A stretch of DNA of 64,000 nucleotides from positions 7,160 through 71,159 of IMG/VR virus record IMGVR_UViG_3300014204_000174. One strand, 5' to 3'. Position 1 is the stretch's first letter. Each line of letters starts with the position of its first letter. Positions 17,364-26,432 of this stretch are shown piece after piece. The notes under the pieces are model-generated. The model was not told where the DNA came from, ran no database searches, and worked only from the letters and a program-made list of their open reading frames with translations. A program made the position numbers and the translations under genes. The DNA comes from a virus. Lineage: Duplodnaviria; Caudoviricetes.

Positions 17364-17560
17364 CTACTTTTTTCCAAATCGACAATTTCTTCGACTTCAG
17401 CCTCTTCTGCTCTCAACTGAGCATTTTCTCTTTCATTCAAAAGAGATTTAATAACTGAAATAATAGTTACTTCATTAAGATTAAGAAAACTTCCAGATGA
17501 ACCATCATATATTCCTGGAGCACCATTTAAAGATGCTTTTAATGTATATCTTTCTTTCAT
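17360..17560 (-). CDS. hypothetical protein
   Basis: ORF track. Confidence 0.5.
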   Translation of the reverse strand: MKERYTLKASLNGAPGIYDGSSGSFLNLNEVTIISVIKSLLNERENAQLRAEEAEVEEIVDLEKSS

Positions 17561-17786
17561 TTTTTTATCCTTGACTCATCAATTTTTACTATTATTCTCA
17601 ATTCTGAACCAAAGTATTCCATCTTTATTTCCTTGAATACTTCTAAAGATACTCCAGAAACTATCTCTGGTAATCTTTTTAAAAGGTTTTCTCTTGCTTT
17701 TCTATTTCTTCTTTAGTTGCTTTTTCTACAGCAAAATTTATTGCTTCAAATACTGCTTTTTCAATATTAGTTTCTATCAAACCCAT
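17557..17786 (-). pseudogene. small gene interrupted by a 1-nt frameshift
   Basis: MGLIETNIEKAVFEAINFAVEKATKEEIEK continues in the -1 frame as ARENLLKRLPEIVSG...RIKK*, with an ATGA overlap into the next ORF. Confidence 0.5.
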
Positions 17787-17787
17787 C

Positions 17788-18165
17788 TTACGATCCTTTT
17801 ATCATAGAATCGAATGATTTCGGTATAAATGATGGAGGCTGAAGTTCAAACTGTTCAAAAGCAGTTCCATTTTCAGCACGAAGAGATTCCCTTGCTGCAT
17901 AAAACTGTTCCATTTTACTAACATGAATCTTCAAAGCAATACTTACTTCGGCTTCATACTTCGGACAGATAGCTTTCTTTCGTTCTTTTGTTTTAGGGTC
18001 AATAATAAAACCAATATAACCACGACCATAGCAAAGCTTGCACTTGTTACTATGCACGGGAGGTTTAAATCCCCTCATAAGCTTTGCTGCAATTTTCTCT
18101 TCATTCTCTTCAACTCTAGTATTCTCAAGAAAATAAGTCTGCTCTTCCATCTCATTCTCTTTCAT
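17788..18165 (-). CDS. hypothetical protein (CxxCxGxG)
   Basis: CKLCYGRG motif. Confidence 0.6.
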   Translation of the reverse strand: MKENEMEEQTYFLENTRVEENEEKIAAKLMRGFKPPVHSNKCKLCYGRGYIGFIIDPKTKERKKAICPKYEAEVSIALKIHVSKMEQFYAARESLRAENGTAFEQFELQPPSFIPKSFDSMIKGS

Positions 18166-18608
18166 TTGTCTGATATGTTATTGGTATACTTCTTCTTAGC
18201 ATAATGGTCCATAGCGAAATTTGCTTTAGAAACAGCTTCATCGAAAAATGCTGCGTTTTTCTCTCTCAGACCTTTCTCCCTGTTTATTATGTAGATAAAC
18301 GCATTCATAACAACTGTTGTGAAATAGCTAAAAGCATTGTTTGATTTAGTTGGGTCGAAATTCTTCATAGCCATCCATACATGGCATACAGCTATAGACT
18401 TCATCTCATCTATGTACGTGTACCCACTAAAATTTGGTCTAGTTGCTATTCTGTTAACTAGCAATAAAACCATTCGACCTATTTCATCTTCTTCTCTTCT
18501 TGTAAGTCCTTTTTCACTTTTCATCTTTACAACGAGATCGAACATTCTAATCTTGTCTATATAATAAATGTTCTTTTCTTTTCCCATCCTAATATCCCAT
18601 CCCATCAT
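18162..18608 (-). CDS. T4-like late-transcription sigma factor (gp55)
   Basis: RPNFSGYTYIDEM...NFDPTKSNNAFSYFTT...F. Confidence 0.85.
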   Translation of the reverse strand: MMGWDIRMGKEKNIYYIDKIRMFDLVVKMKSEKGLTRREEDEIGRMVLLLVNRIATRPNFSGYTYIDEMKSIAVCHVWMAMKNFDPTKSNNAFSYFTTVVMNAFIYIINREKGLREKNAAFFDEAVSKANFAMDHYAKKKYTNNISDK

Positions 18609-18632
18609 ATAATAGGTTTCTGTATCTTATTA

Positions 18633-18661
18633 AATATAACAAACGAGGAGAGAAATGTCAA
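18633..18661 (-). promoter_or_regulatory. class I sigma70-like promoter
   Basis: TTGACA-N17-TATATT. Confidence 0.8.
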
Positions 18662-18670
18662 CTACTTTTT

Positions 18671-19357
18671 TTGGAAAATATAATGGATGAACTAAGAAAA
18701 AGAGCTTCTAAACTTCTTGGTGTCTACGTTGGTATCGTAGAAGATCGAGAAGATCCTGATAAGATGGGTAGAGTCAAAGCAAGAGTTTGGGGAATACATA
18801 ATGAAGAACTCCCTGTATCTAAACTACAATGGTTTATTCCTGCTTATCCAATAACCGCTGCTCAAAAAGATGGTATTGGAGATTCTGGACTTCCAGAAAT
18901 TGGATCTTCAATATTAGTACTATTTGTAGATGGAGATATAATGCAAGGTGTTTACTTTGGTGTACTTGGTAGAATAGGTGGAATGCCTAATCCAGATGCA
19001 TACTTAGAAAACACCGGTCATCGACAAATAAAAACTCCATCTGGTCATATAATTGAAACTACAGATAAAATAGTCAAAATTACAGCAGATGATGGAGCTA
19101 CTATTATTGAGATAAACAATGGAAATATTTCAGTAAAAGCTCCAAATGGAAAAGTTAGTGTAGAGGCTAAAGAAATAACTCTACAAGATGGAAGTAATAT
19201 TGGAGATGTACTCATAAATCATCAAAAATTCCTCCAGTATATACATTTACACCAGCACCCGACGGGTGTGGGCCCAAGCGGAACTGTGCTGGTAGCAACT
19301 AGTGGTCTAAAAAATAATAATGACTGGTATACAACCACTATAAAGGTGAAAAGTTAA
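18671..19357 (+). CDS. baseplate central spike (gp5/gpV OB-fold plus beta-helix, HxH apex; no lysozyme)
   Basis: GIVEDREDPDKMGRVKARVWGIH OB domain; TPSGHIIE; HQHP tip. Confidence 0.8.
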   Translation: MENIMDELRKRASKLLGVYVGIVEDREDPDKMGRVKARVWGIHNEELPVSKLQWFIPAYPITAAQKDGIGDSGLPEIGSSILVLFVDGDIMQGVYFGVLGRIGGMPNPDAYLENTGHRQIKTPSGHIIETTDKIVKITADDGATIIEINNGNISVKAPNGKVSVEAKEITLQDGSNIGDVLINHQKFLQYIHLHQHPTGVGPSGTVLVATSGLKNNNDWYTTTIKVKS

Positions 19358-20245
19358 ATGTACATTTATAAAACTACTAATTTAATAACTGGTAAAATTT
19401 ATATTGGAAAGTGTCAAAGATCTATTGAAAAAAGTATTGATTACTTTGGATCTGGAAAAGCTATCACTGCTTCTATAAAAAAACATGGTAAAGAATTATT
19501 TGTTAAAGAAATTCTTCAGGTTTGTGAAAGCATAAAAGAACTTTTTGACGCTGAAAGAGAATGGGTAATTAAGCTTGATTCCACAAATCAAGCTATTGGA
19601 TATAATATTATGATTCCAAAGAGCCATAGTTGGTCTATTTATAAAGAAATAGATCCTGAAAAATATAATTCTATAAGAAAAAAATTATCTGAGTCTGTTA
19701 AAAAATCCTATGAAAAAAATCCTTTACTTAAAGAATTAAGAAAAAATCCTAAAACAGAAAAAACAAGAAAAAAAATATCTGATGCTCTTATAGGGCATGA
19801 AGTCTCAGAAGCTGCAAGAGAAAAACTTAGACAAATAAATCTTGGAAAACCTTTATCTGAAGAACATAAAAATAATATAAGTAAATCAATAACTGGAGAA
19901 AAGAATCCATTTTATGGTAAAACACATTCTAAAGAAACAATGAAAAAGATACTTGAGACAAGAGGTAGCTACAAAGGAGAAAATAATCCTTTCTTCGGTA
20001 AAACACATTCAGAAAAAACAAGAGAAAAATTACGTCAAGCTAATCTTGGAAAACAATATTCACCTGAAGTTAACAAAAGCAAAGGACTCCCTGGAGAAAA
20101 TAATCCATTTTATGGTAAAACACATTCAGAAAAAACAAGAAAAATATGTAGTTTAAGTGCTTCTCTTCAAGCTGCTAGACGTCATGGTGATTTATCTCGT
20201 ATTGAATTTCTTGAATCTGAAATTTCTTCTCTAAGGAGTTCATAG
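19358..20245 (+). mobile_element. free-standing GIY-YIG homing endonuclease with NUMOD3 repeats
   Basis: YIYKTTNLITGKIYIG; three NPF(Y/F)GKTHS(K/E)(E/K)T repeats. Confidence 0.9.
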
Positions 20246-20246
20246 A

Positions 20247-20684
20247 ATGGGATTCCCTCCAGATCATATGGCCGGAGCTTTAAAAATGGTAAAAGATCCA
20301 AAATTAGCTCCGCCAGTAAAAGCTGCTTTTGATAAATGTAGAGATAAACCAATTAACTATATGGAATCTTACTCAGAAACAGATAGCGCTGCTTCTCGTA
20401 AATTTGCTGCCGAATCTTTAGCTTCAGCTTTCGACCAAAAAGCTAAAAGAATACTCGATCCATATTGTATAGCTAAGAAAAGACCAACTGTTAAATTAAA
20501 TGGTAAAGGCTATATTGCTATGGCTGCTATGCTTGAAAAAATGTTTGGCGACTTTTTCGGAACCGATGATGAATATTATGATTCTCAAATAAAAGCAGCA
20601 CAAATGAAATACCTCACAGAAGTAAAAAAGCAAACCGGACTTAGTCAATCTACATCATCTATGTACAATATGTGCTTCGCTTAA
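20247..20684 (+). CDS. hypothetical protein in baseplate module
   Basis: ORF track; position. Confidence 0.55.
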   Translation: MGFPPDHMAGALKMVKDPKLAPPVKAAFDKCRDKPINYMESYSETDSAASRKFAAESLASAFDQKAKRILDPYCIAKKRPTVKLNGKGYIAMAAMLEKMFGDFFGTDDEYYDSQIKAAQMKYLTEVKKQTGLSQSTSSMYNMCFA

Positions 20685-20694
20685 TGGAGAAAAT

Positions 20695-21087
20695 ATGGGA
20701 ACAGTGAATAGATCATCAAAAAGAGTTTGGTCAGATATGGACCCAGACTTTACAGCAACTAGAAGTGGTGATGCAGCAATGTATGTTGATGTTAATTCTA
20801 TAAAAGCTTCGATAAAGAATATACTTAATACACCTCGCGGCGAAGAACTTATGAATAAAAAGTTCGGAGTTGGATTATATAAATTTGTTTTCGATCCTTT
20901 GGATGATATAACAATAGACTTCTTAAAAGAATCAATAAAAAATGATATACTTAATTTTGAAACAAGAGTTAATGTAGATAAAGTAGATGTTGAACAAACA
21001 TCTGAAACATCTATATTAATATCTGTTACATTTACAATTAAAGATACAAAATTAGAAGATAGTGTAACATTTGAAGTTACATTATAA
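20695..21087 (+). CDS. baseplate wedge subunit (gp25-like)
   Basis: SIKNILNTPRGE...FGVGL...FDP...FETRV. Confidence 0.85.
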   Translation: MGTVNRSSKRVWSDMDPDFTATRSGDAAMYVDVNSIKASIKNILNTPRGEELMNKKFGVGLYKFVFDPLDDITIDFLKESIKNDILNFETRVNVDKVDVEQTSETSILISVTFTIKDTKLEDSVTFEVTL

Positions 21088-22281
21088 ACTAAGACTAATA
21101 AGTAATTTGTTTATTGCATTAATATCTGGTTTCTTTGGAAGAGTGGTTTTATCATACCACTTTTCCATTTGTTTTTCTGCATCTTCAGCTATTTTTATTA
21201 TTTCATTATAAGTTAATACTCCATCTCTAATACCTTTAATTAAAGCTAGTCTATTTCCTTCTAGTTTTGGTTTATATTCTCCAGTCTTTAGAATATCTAA
21301 ACCACCAATCATTAATCTAACTAGATGAGAAGCATGCTTAGTATCGAAACCAATTTTATCTTCTTCAACACTTCTTTCTTTATTTCTATTAATTTTCCAT
21401 TCCCACATCTTATCAACTTCTTTTTTAGCAGCTTCATAAGCATCTGTATTAATAGATAAAATATAATTTGCTTTGTTTAAAGATGGAAGAGTTTGTTCTT
21501 CCTCTTGTTTAGAGTAATTAAAATTTCCATCTCTAGAATATAAACGTCTAGAAATATCTTTAAATACAAACACTGTATTTCCATGTTTAACTGGAAGACC
21601 AGTTAAATAATATTCTGGTTTACTTTCATTAGTATTATTCTTTATAACTTCTACGAAATTATTTACTTTTGGATAAGCATATTTGCTAGCATTTTTAATT
21701 TTAATAAGAATATAATCTACTGTTGGAGATATAGTAATCTTAAAATCAATATTATCACCACACACTTCTCTAGCAACATTTCCACCAAAATGATCTTTAA
21801 GCCAATTAAAATCTATTCTTTTATTTTCAAATGCATATTTTAAAATTTCTAAAACAACACCAGCATCTGGATATCTTTCAACCCATCTCATATGGTTCTT
21901 CAGACGTGTGAGTTGACTGTAAGCGTACCCTGAAAAAGTAAATCTAATTTTAGAAGATAAAAACATTCTTTTATTATTTAATATAGCCTGACCTACTTTA
22001 GTTTTAGTTATGTATTCATCTTCAGGTGCAAATAATATATCGAGAATATTAGGATTAGCATCAGCAGATAGTTTAAAGAACTTCTTTATTTCAAATAATG
22101 TTCTATCTCCATTTGGATCTTCAACTTGTTCTACTGCTCCAATAAGTCCAACTTTAGTATCAATTGGAGCTACAAATACTCCACGATAATCATAATCAGA
22201 TTTTTCAGTATTAGTTCCATAAAGTCTAGAACCAACTAAAGTCTCAAGAACACATAATTGTTCAGCTTCTTTGATATTCAT
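21082..22281 (-). CDS. Pol-beta-superfamily nucleotidyltransferase (NrdC.11/RlaP-like)
   Basis: VGSRLYGTNTEKSDYDYRGVF; K.NPNILDIL; KHASHLVRL. Confidence 0.8.
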   Translation of the reverse strand: MNIKEAEQLCVLETLVGSRLYGTNTEKSDYDYRGVFVAPIDTKVGLIGAVEQVEDPNGDRTLFEIKKFFKLSADANPNILDILFAPEDEYITKTKVGQAILNNKRMFLSSKIRFTFSGYAYSQLTRLKNHMRWVERYPDAGVVLEILKYAFENKRIDFNWLKDHFGGNVAREVCGDNIDFKITISPTVDYILIKIKNASKYAYPKVNNFVEVIKNNTNESKPEYYLTGLPVKHGNTVFVFKDISRRLYSRDGNFNYSKQEEEQTLPSLNKANYILSINTDAYEAAKKEVDKMWEWKINRNKERSVEEDKIGFDTKHASHLVRLMIGGLDILKTGEYKPKLEGNRLALIKGIRDGVLTYNEIIKIAEDAEKQMEKWYDKTTLPKKPDINAINKLLISLSL

Positions 22282-22282
22282 A

Positions 22283-22966
22283 CTATTCCTCCACTTTAAC
22301 TACTTCAACTGACTTCTCTCTAAATTTCATTACCTTAGTGACATAATTCCTTGTTTCTTCTGGAACATGTTGTTTAGCTGATTCAAAATTTTTAAACCTT
22401 CTTAAATCCATTCCACAATTATAAGAAGCTACAGACATCTTTGTTCTTTCTGGTTCAGGAAAATCTTTATATATTAAATTATATAATCTACTGTAAACAC
22501 TAACACCAGCAAAAACATTATGTACAGGATCTGTTCTATCTGAATCAGGACCAAAGTTTTCTGGCATAACTTGCATAAGTCCTATTGCACCCTTTGGACT
22601 TACAACTTTTTCTTTGTACCCACTTTCTACATATATAATAGAAAGAATAATATCAAGATCTATACCATAAACATCAGTCAATGCTGCTACTAAATTTATT
22701 TGAGAAAAGTCTCTTACTCTATTAGCAAACTCCGAAGAAGTACTTGTTTCCACAGTTATATCTCTAATCTTTGAAGTTACAACCACTGTTGTTCTTTCTG
22801 ACATTAATTCTTCATTTCTCTTAGCAATTGTTTTTGAAATTGAAACAGATTCAGAATATTTTACAAAAAGTACTAATATACACATAAGAAGTATAAGAAT
22901 TACTTTATAGCTTATTGCCCCACCATTGCATCCTAGTTCGATCTTTTTCATTTTTACTCCTTCCAT
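22283..22966 (-). CDS. lytic transglycosylase (SLT) with N-terminal membrane anchor
   Basis: IIYVESG, SPKGAIGLMQVMP, ASYNCG, ETRNYV. Confidence 0.85.
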   Translation of the reverse strand: MEGVKMKKIELGCNGGAISYKVILILLMCILVLFVKYSESVSISKTIAKRNEELMSERTTVVVTSKIRDITVETSTSSEFANRVRDFSQINLVAALTDVYGIDLDIILSIIYVESGYKEKVVSPKGAIGLMQVMPENFGPDSDRTDPVHNVFAGVSVYSRLYNLIYKDFPEPERTKMSVASYNCGMDLRRFKNFESAKQHVPEETRNYVTKVMKFREKSVEVVKVEE

Positions 22967-23702
22967 TCAGCTTCTTAGACAGAGCGTGAGATAATATAGC
23001 TATATCATCAGCTATACCTCTCGAACCGCTTATAAATTTTCCAGTAAAAGACTTAGCCAAAAAATGCAGGACTCTTCCATCCCATGTCTCAATTGGATAA
23101 GTCTTTCCTGTATCTATCATTCTATCTAGAAGCGGATAAACATCTTCAGAAGAGTGATTAGAATATTTCAATCCTCTTCCCCTACAGAGCTCAGCTCTGA
23201 TCATTTCATCTACGAAACAGAAAACAAACATTGCTTCAATATCTTGCTTTACTATTTCTTCAAATTCAACATTATATCTACAATCATCTATGATAAGTAC
23301 ATCTGGAATTTTCATTCCAATTGCTGAATATATACCATAATCTCTTTTAAAATCTTTAAAAAGTTTTTCTGCAAAGAAGCTTGGTCCAAATAAATTTCTC
23401 ATCGTATCACCAATTAGATGATACTGCCTTCTAGGTTTATCACCCTTTGGTGTATCAGCGTCTAAAATTTCTAACTGATTTCTAAGATTGTCTAATTTAT
23501 TATTTACTTTAAACATATCTATTGAAGGTGGTATTTCTGTTTCTCCAAGAATATGCATATAAGACTTTGTTTCATACATATACTTTATTGGAGTAGCAAA
23601 AGAAGTAATTATTGATGTTTCTGGAAATAATTTTTCAGAAACTTCTTTTGCTAATTCTGATTTACCGCTTCCCATCTTTCCAATAAAAGATACCACTCTC
23701 AA
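22905..23702 (-). CDS. deoxynucleoside monophosphate kinase (T4 gp1-like)
   Basis: GKMGSGKS, SFATPIK, PRRQYHLIG, IIDDCRY. Confidence 0.75.
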   Translation of the reverse strand: MRVVSFIGKMGSGKSELAKEVSEKLFPETSIITSFATPIKYMYETKSYMHILGETEIPPSIDMFKVNNKLDNLRNQLEILDADTPKGDKPRRQYHLIGDTMRNLFGPSFFAEKLFKDFKRDYGIYSAIGMKIPDVLIIDDCRYNVEFEEIVKQDIEAMFVFCFVDEMIRAELCRGRGLKYSNHSSEDVYPLLDRMIDTGKTYPIETWDGRVLHFLAKSFTGKFISGSRGIADDIAILSHALSKKLNGRSKNEKDRTRMQWWGNKL

Positions 23703-23717
23703 CCCAACACCCCCGGA

Positions 23718-24122
23718 TTACATGTTAGACATCATAGAAATCATTGTATCTATAGTTTTTCCACGCTCACGAACAGATGATATAGCTCCCTTAATAACGT
23801 CTGACATTGTTTCAAGTTTTCTTCTTCTATTTCTTAATTCAACAATATCTTTATCAGCATTTATGTATATTTTAATATCCCCTGGTGCTAACTTTCTATC
23901 GAATTCGGTTGTATAAAATACATGAAGATCTCTTACTTTAATGTCTGTAAGTATAATACATTTTTTTATTTCATTCTCAATTTTTGCTAATCTTACTGTC
24001 CATTTTCTGATTAAATCTTTTTGTTTTTTCTTTTCACCAAGTAAATTTGATTCCTCAACTTCGAGGTCTTGTTTCATTTCATCTTCTATATCTATAATTC
24101 TGTCTTCTACCTCGATATTCAC
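23718..24122 (-). CDS. uvsY: recombination mediator UvsY
   Basis: Coiled coil, DIKIYINAD, ERGKTIDTMI; size and context. Confidence 0.7.
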   Translation of the reverse strand: MNIEVEDRIIDIEDEMKQDLEVEESNLLGEKKKQKDLIRKWTVRLAKIENEIKKCIILTDIKVRDLHVFYTTEFDRKLAPGDIKIYINADKDIVELRNRRRKLETMSDVIKGAISSVRERGKTIDTMISMMSNM

Positions 24123-25153
24123 TTCTTACTCCTTCCACCGAGGATAGAAGCTATAGATGTTTTTGGAACTTCAATTCTTCCAGTAGATTTAATTTGCTCA
24201 GATGGAATATAAAAATATGGAAATGAATCACTTTCTTTAATAGACCTACAATCATATCTTTTCATATATTCAAGGAACATTCCAGGATTTCTATTTTGTT
24301 CTGCTTTAACTGAAATGGTCATAGTAGAAGCATGAGGTTCTCTAAGATTTACTAATTTTAAATTTCTTTTATAGTTCTCCATATTTTTCTCAGAAAAACT
24401 AAGAAAAAGTTCTGGAATTTTTCCACCAACACCTTTAGCAGAATTTACTTTTCCAGATAAAAGATTTTCTGTTGAATTGGTTAGCATCAACTTAGCTGTT
24501 TTTCCAGCAAGTCCTGTAACTTTAGGTTCACGCCAAAAATAACCATCTTCAGCAGTTCCATCTATTTCTGCAAACACAGATGGAATATTATCAGTAGGAT
24601 CTCCTGTTAAAGCAAGTAGTTCTGGATATCTTTCTGGACCAACTCCACGAGTATGTTCATTTACATTTGATACATCAACAATAGGATCTTTTTCTGAACC
24701 TCTAAGAACGGTTATTTTTTGTCCAACTAATTGTGAAAAGTCATGGTCACTTGAGTAAATAAAATACTCATCTTCATCTTTTCTAAAAGCACAAGACAGA
24801 GCGATAATATCATCAGCTTCCATTCCAGGAGATGATACCACTTTCATGTCTAAAGAAGATAATATCTTCTTGATATCTCCAAATTGACGATTAAAATCTT
24901 CACCATCTGCTGAATCAAGTCCAAAGTTTTTCCGTCTTCCAGCTTTATATGTTGGAAGTACAAGAGTTCTCCAATATGGTTTAGAATCAAGAGCAACTAT
25001 AACACTGTCTATTCCATATCTAGTTATCTTTGATTTCAACATCTTCAAAGCTCCGAACACCATACCAGAATGTTCACCCTTTGAATTATGAAGATTATGT
25101 GAGAAAAATGCTCTTGCTGCTAGATTACTATAGTCAACGAGAAGTACTTTCAA
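24119..25153 (-). CDS. 5'-3' exonuclease / RNase H (T4 rnh, PolA-N-like)
   Basis: LVDYSN, MEADDII, SSDHDFSQL, LTGDPTDNIP. Confidence 0.85.
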   Translation of the reverse strand: MKVLLVDYSNLAARAFFSHNLHNSKGEHSGMVFGALKMLKSKITRYGIDSVIVALDSKPYWRTLVLPTYKAGRRKNFGLDSADGEDFNRQFGDIKKILSSLDMKVVSSPGMEADDIIALSCAFRKDEDEYFIYSSDHDFSQLVGQKITVLRGSEKDPIVDVSNVNEHTRGVGPERYPELLALTGDPTDNIPSVFAEIDGTAEDGYFWREPKVTGLAGKTAKLMLTNSTENLLSGKVNSAKGVGGKIPELFLSFSEKNMENYKRNLKLVNLREPHASTMTISVKAEQNRNPGMFLEYMKRYDCRSIKESDSFPYFYIPSEQIKSTGRIEVPKTSIASILGGRSKK

Positions 25154-25658
25154 TTAATTCCTCCATTTTTGTATTATATTTTTTCTTTTTTTCTAAAAAC
25201 TTTTTAACAATTTTTAAGTATTCAAATTTAATATAGTCAATATTATTGATAAATTGCATTTTTACTACATCATTTACTTCATCAAATTTAGTAGAGTGAT
25301 ATTCATTTCCATATCTAATTTCTCTAGAGATTATCCAATAAAAATGATTCTCAAATAAACTTGCAATACCAGTATCTACTAATTTTGGCATTTTAATATA
25401 AATTTCTGGAAAATTATCATAATTATATACTGAAGTAAATCTTTTAATAAAATTTTCAAATTCAATAATTTTTAATTTAAAAATATCATCAAACATACTT
25501 TTAGTTTCCTTAATATTTTTTAATTCAGAAATAATATTAGATATAACCTCTTCTGATTCATACGGCGAATTAAAAAAATATTTAAACTGTATTAAAAGTT
25601 CATCTCTGCGAATTTTTTTCTCTTTTGAAAAAATTATGTTTTGATTTAAATCTAACAT
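25134..25658 (-). CDS. hypothetical protein
   Basis: ORF track. Confidence 0.5.
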   Translation of the reverse strand: MLDLNQNIIFSKEKKIRRDELLIQFKYFFNSPYESEEVISNIISELKNIKETKSMFDDIFKLKIIEFENFIKRFTSVYNYDNFPEIYIKMPKLVDTGIASLFENHFYWIISREIRYGNEYHSTKFDEVNDVVKMQFINNIDYIKFEYLKIVKKFLEKKKKYNTKMEELIESTSR

Positions 25659-25691
25659 TATTAAAATCCCTTCATTATTGTAAAAAGTAAA

Positions 25692-26093
25692 TTATTCCAT
25701 GAAAATAGGTTCGAATTTTTCAAACAAATAACGGTCTTTACTACTCTCATCAATTTTTCCTATGATAGTTGAATCATTTAATATATATTTTTTGTTATAT
25801 ACATTTTCATTGAAAAACCAAAAATCATTATAATCACTGATATTCCAGATTTCTATCCATGGATTATCAGATTCTTCTCGATCCATTAATGTATACCAAC
25901 CTATATCAAACGTAGTAACAATAATATCTTCTTTTACAAATATTTTTATTTCTTTATCTGGAAGTTCATCTATATCAAATCCAGGCAATTTAGAAATCTC
26001 TTCTAATGTAGTTTCCTTGAAACCTTCTTTAATAAGATAATCTTCAAGAAACTTTCTAGTAAGCTGTTTCATTACAATTAGTTCAAATTGCAT
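25692..26093 (-). CDS. hypothetical protein
   Basis: ORF track; RBS. Confidence 0.55.
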   Translation of the reverse strand: MQFELIVMKQLTRKFLEDYLIKEGFKETTLEEISKLPGFDIDELPDKEIKIFVKEDIIVTTFDIGWYTLMDREESDNPWIEIWNISDYNDFWFFNENVYNKKYILNDSTIIGKIDESSKDRYLFEKFEPIFME

Positions 26094-26115
26094 ATTTCCT
26101 CCATTTTAATTTAAA

Positions 26116-26194
26116 AGTTCAGGTATGGATTCGAACCATACGGCTAGGTCGGTGTATACCCCGGGGGCCTCGGTTTGCCACTTCCTACTGAACC
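26116..26194 (-). ncRNA. tRNA-like RNA with no recognisable anticodon arm (no encoded CCA)
   Basis: Acceptor GGUUCAG/CUGAACU and T-arm GUAUGG-UUCGAAU-CCAUAC intact; middle is an irregular GC-rich hairpin. Confidence 0.6.
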
Positions 26195-26202
26195 ATATTT
26201 TA

Positions 26203-26278
26203 TGGTGACTCTGGCGGGATTTGAACCCGCGATCCCGGAGTTGAAAGCCCCGTGGCTTAACCATTCGCCTACAGAGTC
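26203..26278 (-). tRNA. tRNA-Glu(UUC)
   Basis: Cloverleaf; CGGGG-CUUUCAA-CUCCG; CCA encoded. Confidence 0.95.
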
Positions 26279-26289
26279 ATATTTTAATT

Positions 26290-26369
26290 TGGCGCCCTCG
26301 GAAGGATTCGAACCTTCGACCATACCTTCTTTATAGAAGGCTTAGGCTCTATCACTGAGCTATAAGGGC
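26290..26369 (-). tRNA. aberrant tRNA-like gene (Arg-like D-loop and G73; abnormal anticodon arm)
   Basis: GCCCUUA/CGAGGGC-G-CCA, D- and T-arms intact; CCUUCU-AUAA-AGAAGG in place of a 5-bp/7-nt arm. Confidence 0.65.
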
Positions 26370-26388
26370 AATTTCAATTTCAATAGAT

Positions 26389-26417
26389 AATATAATACTC
26401 AAAAATCCTAATGTCAA
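26389..26417 (-). promoter_or_regulatory. class I sigma70-like promoter (tRNA cluster)
   Basis: TTGACA-N17-TATATT. Confidence 0.8.
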
Positions 26418-26432
26418 CTACTTTTTTCATAA

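Noticed and set aside
19900-20140. DNA repeat element within the GIY-YIG gene
   Set aside because: The repeats are the coding sequence of NUMOD3 protein motifs.
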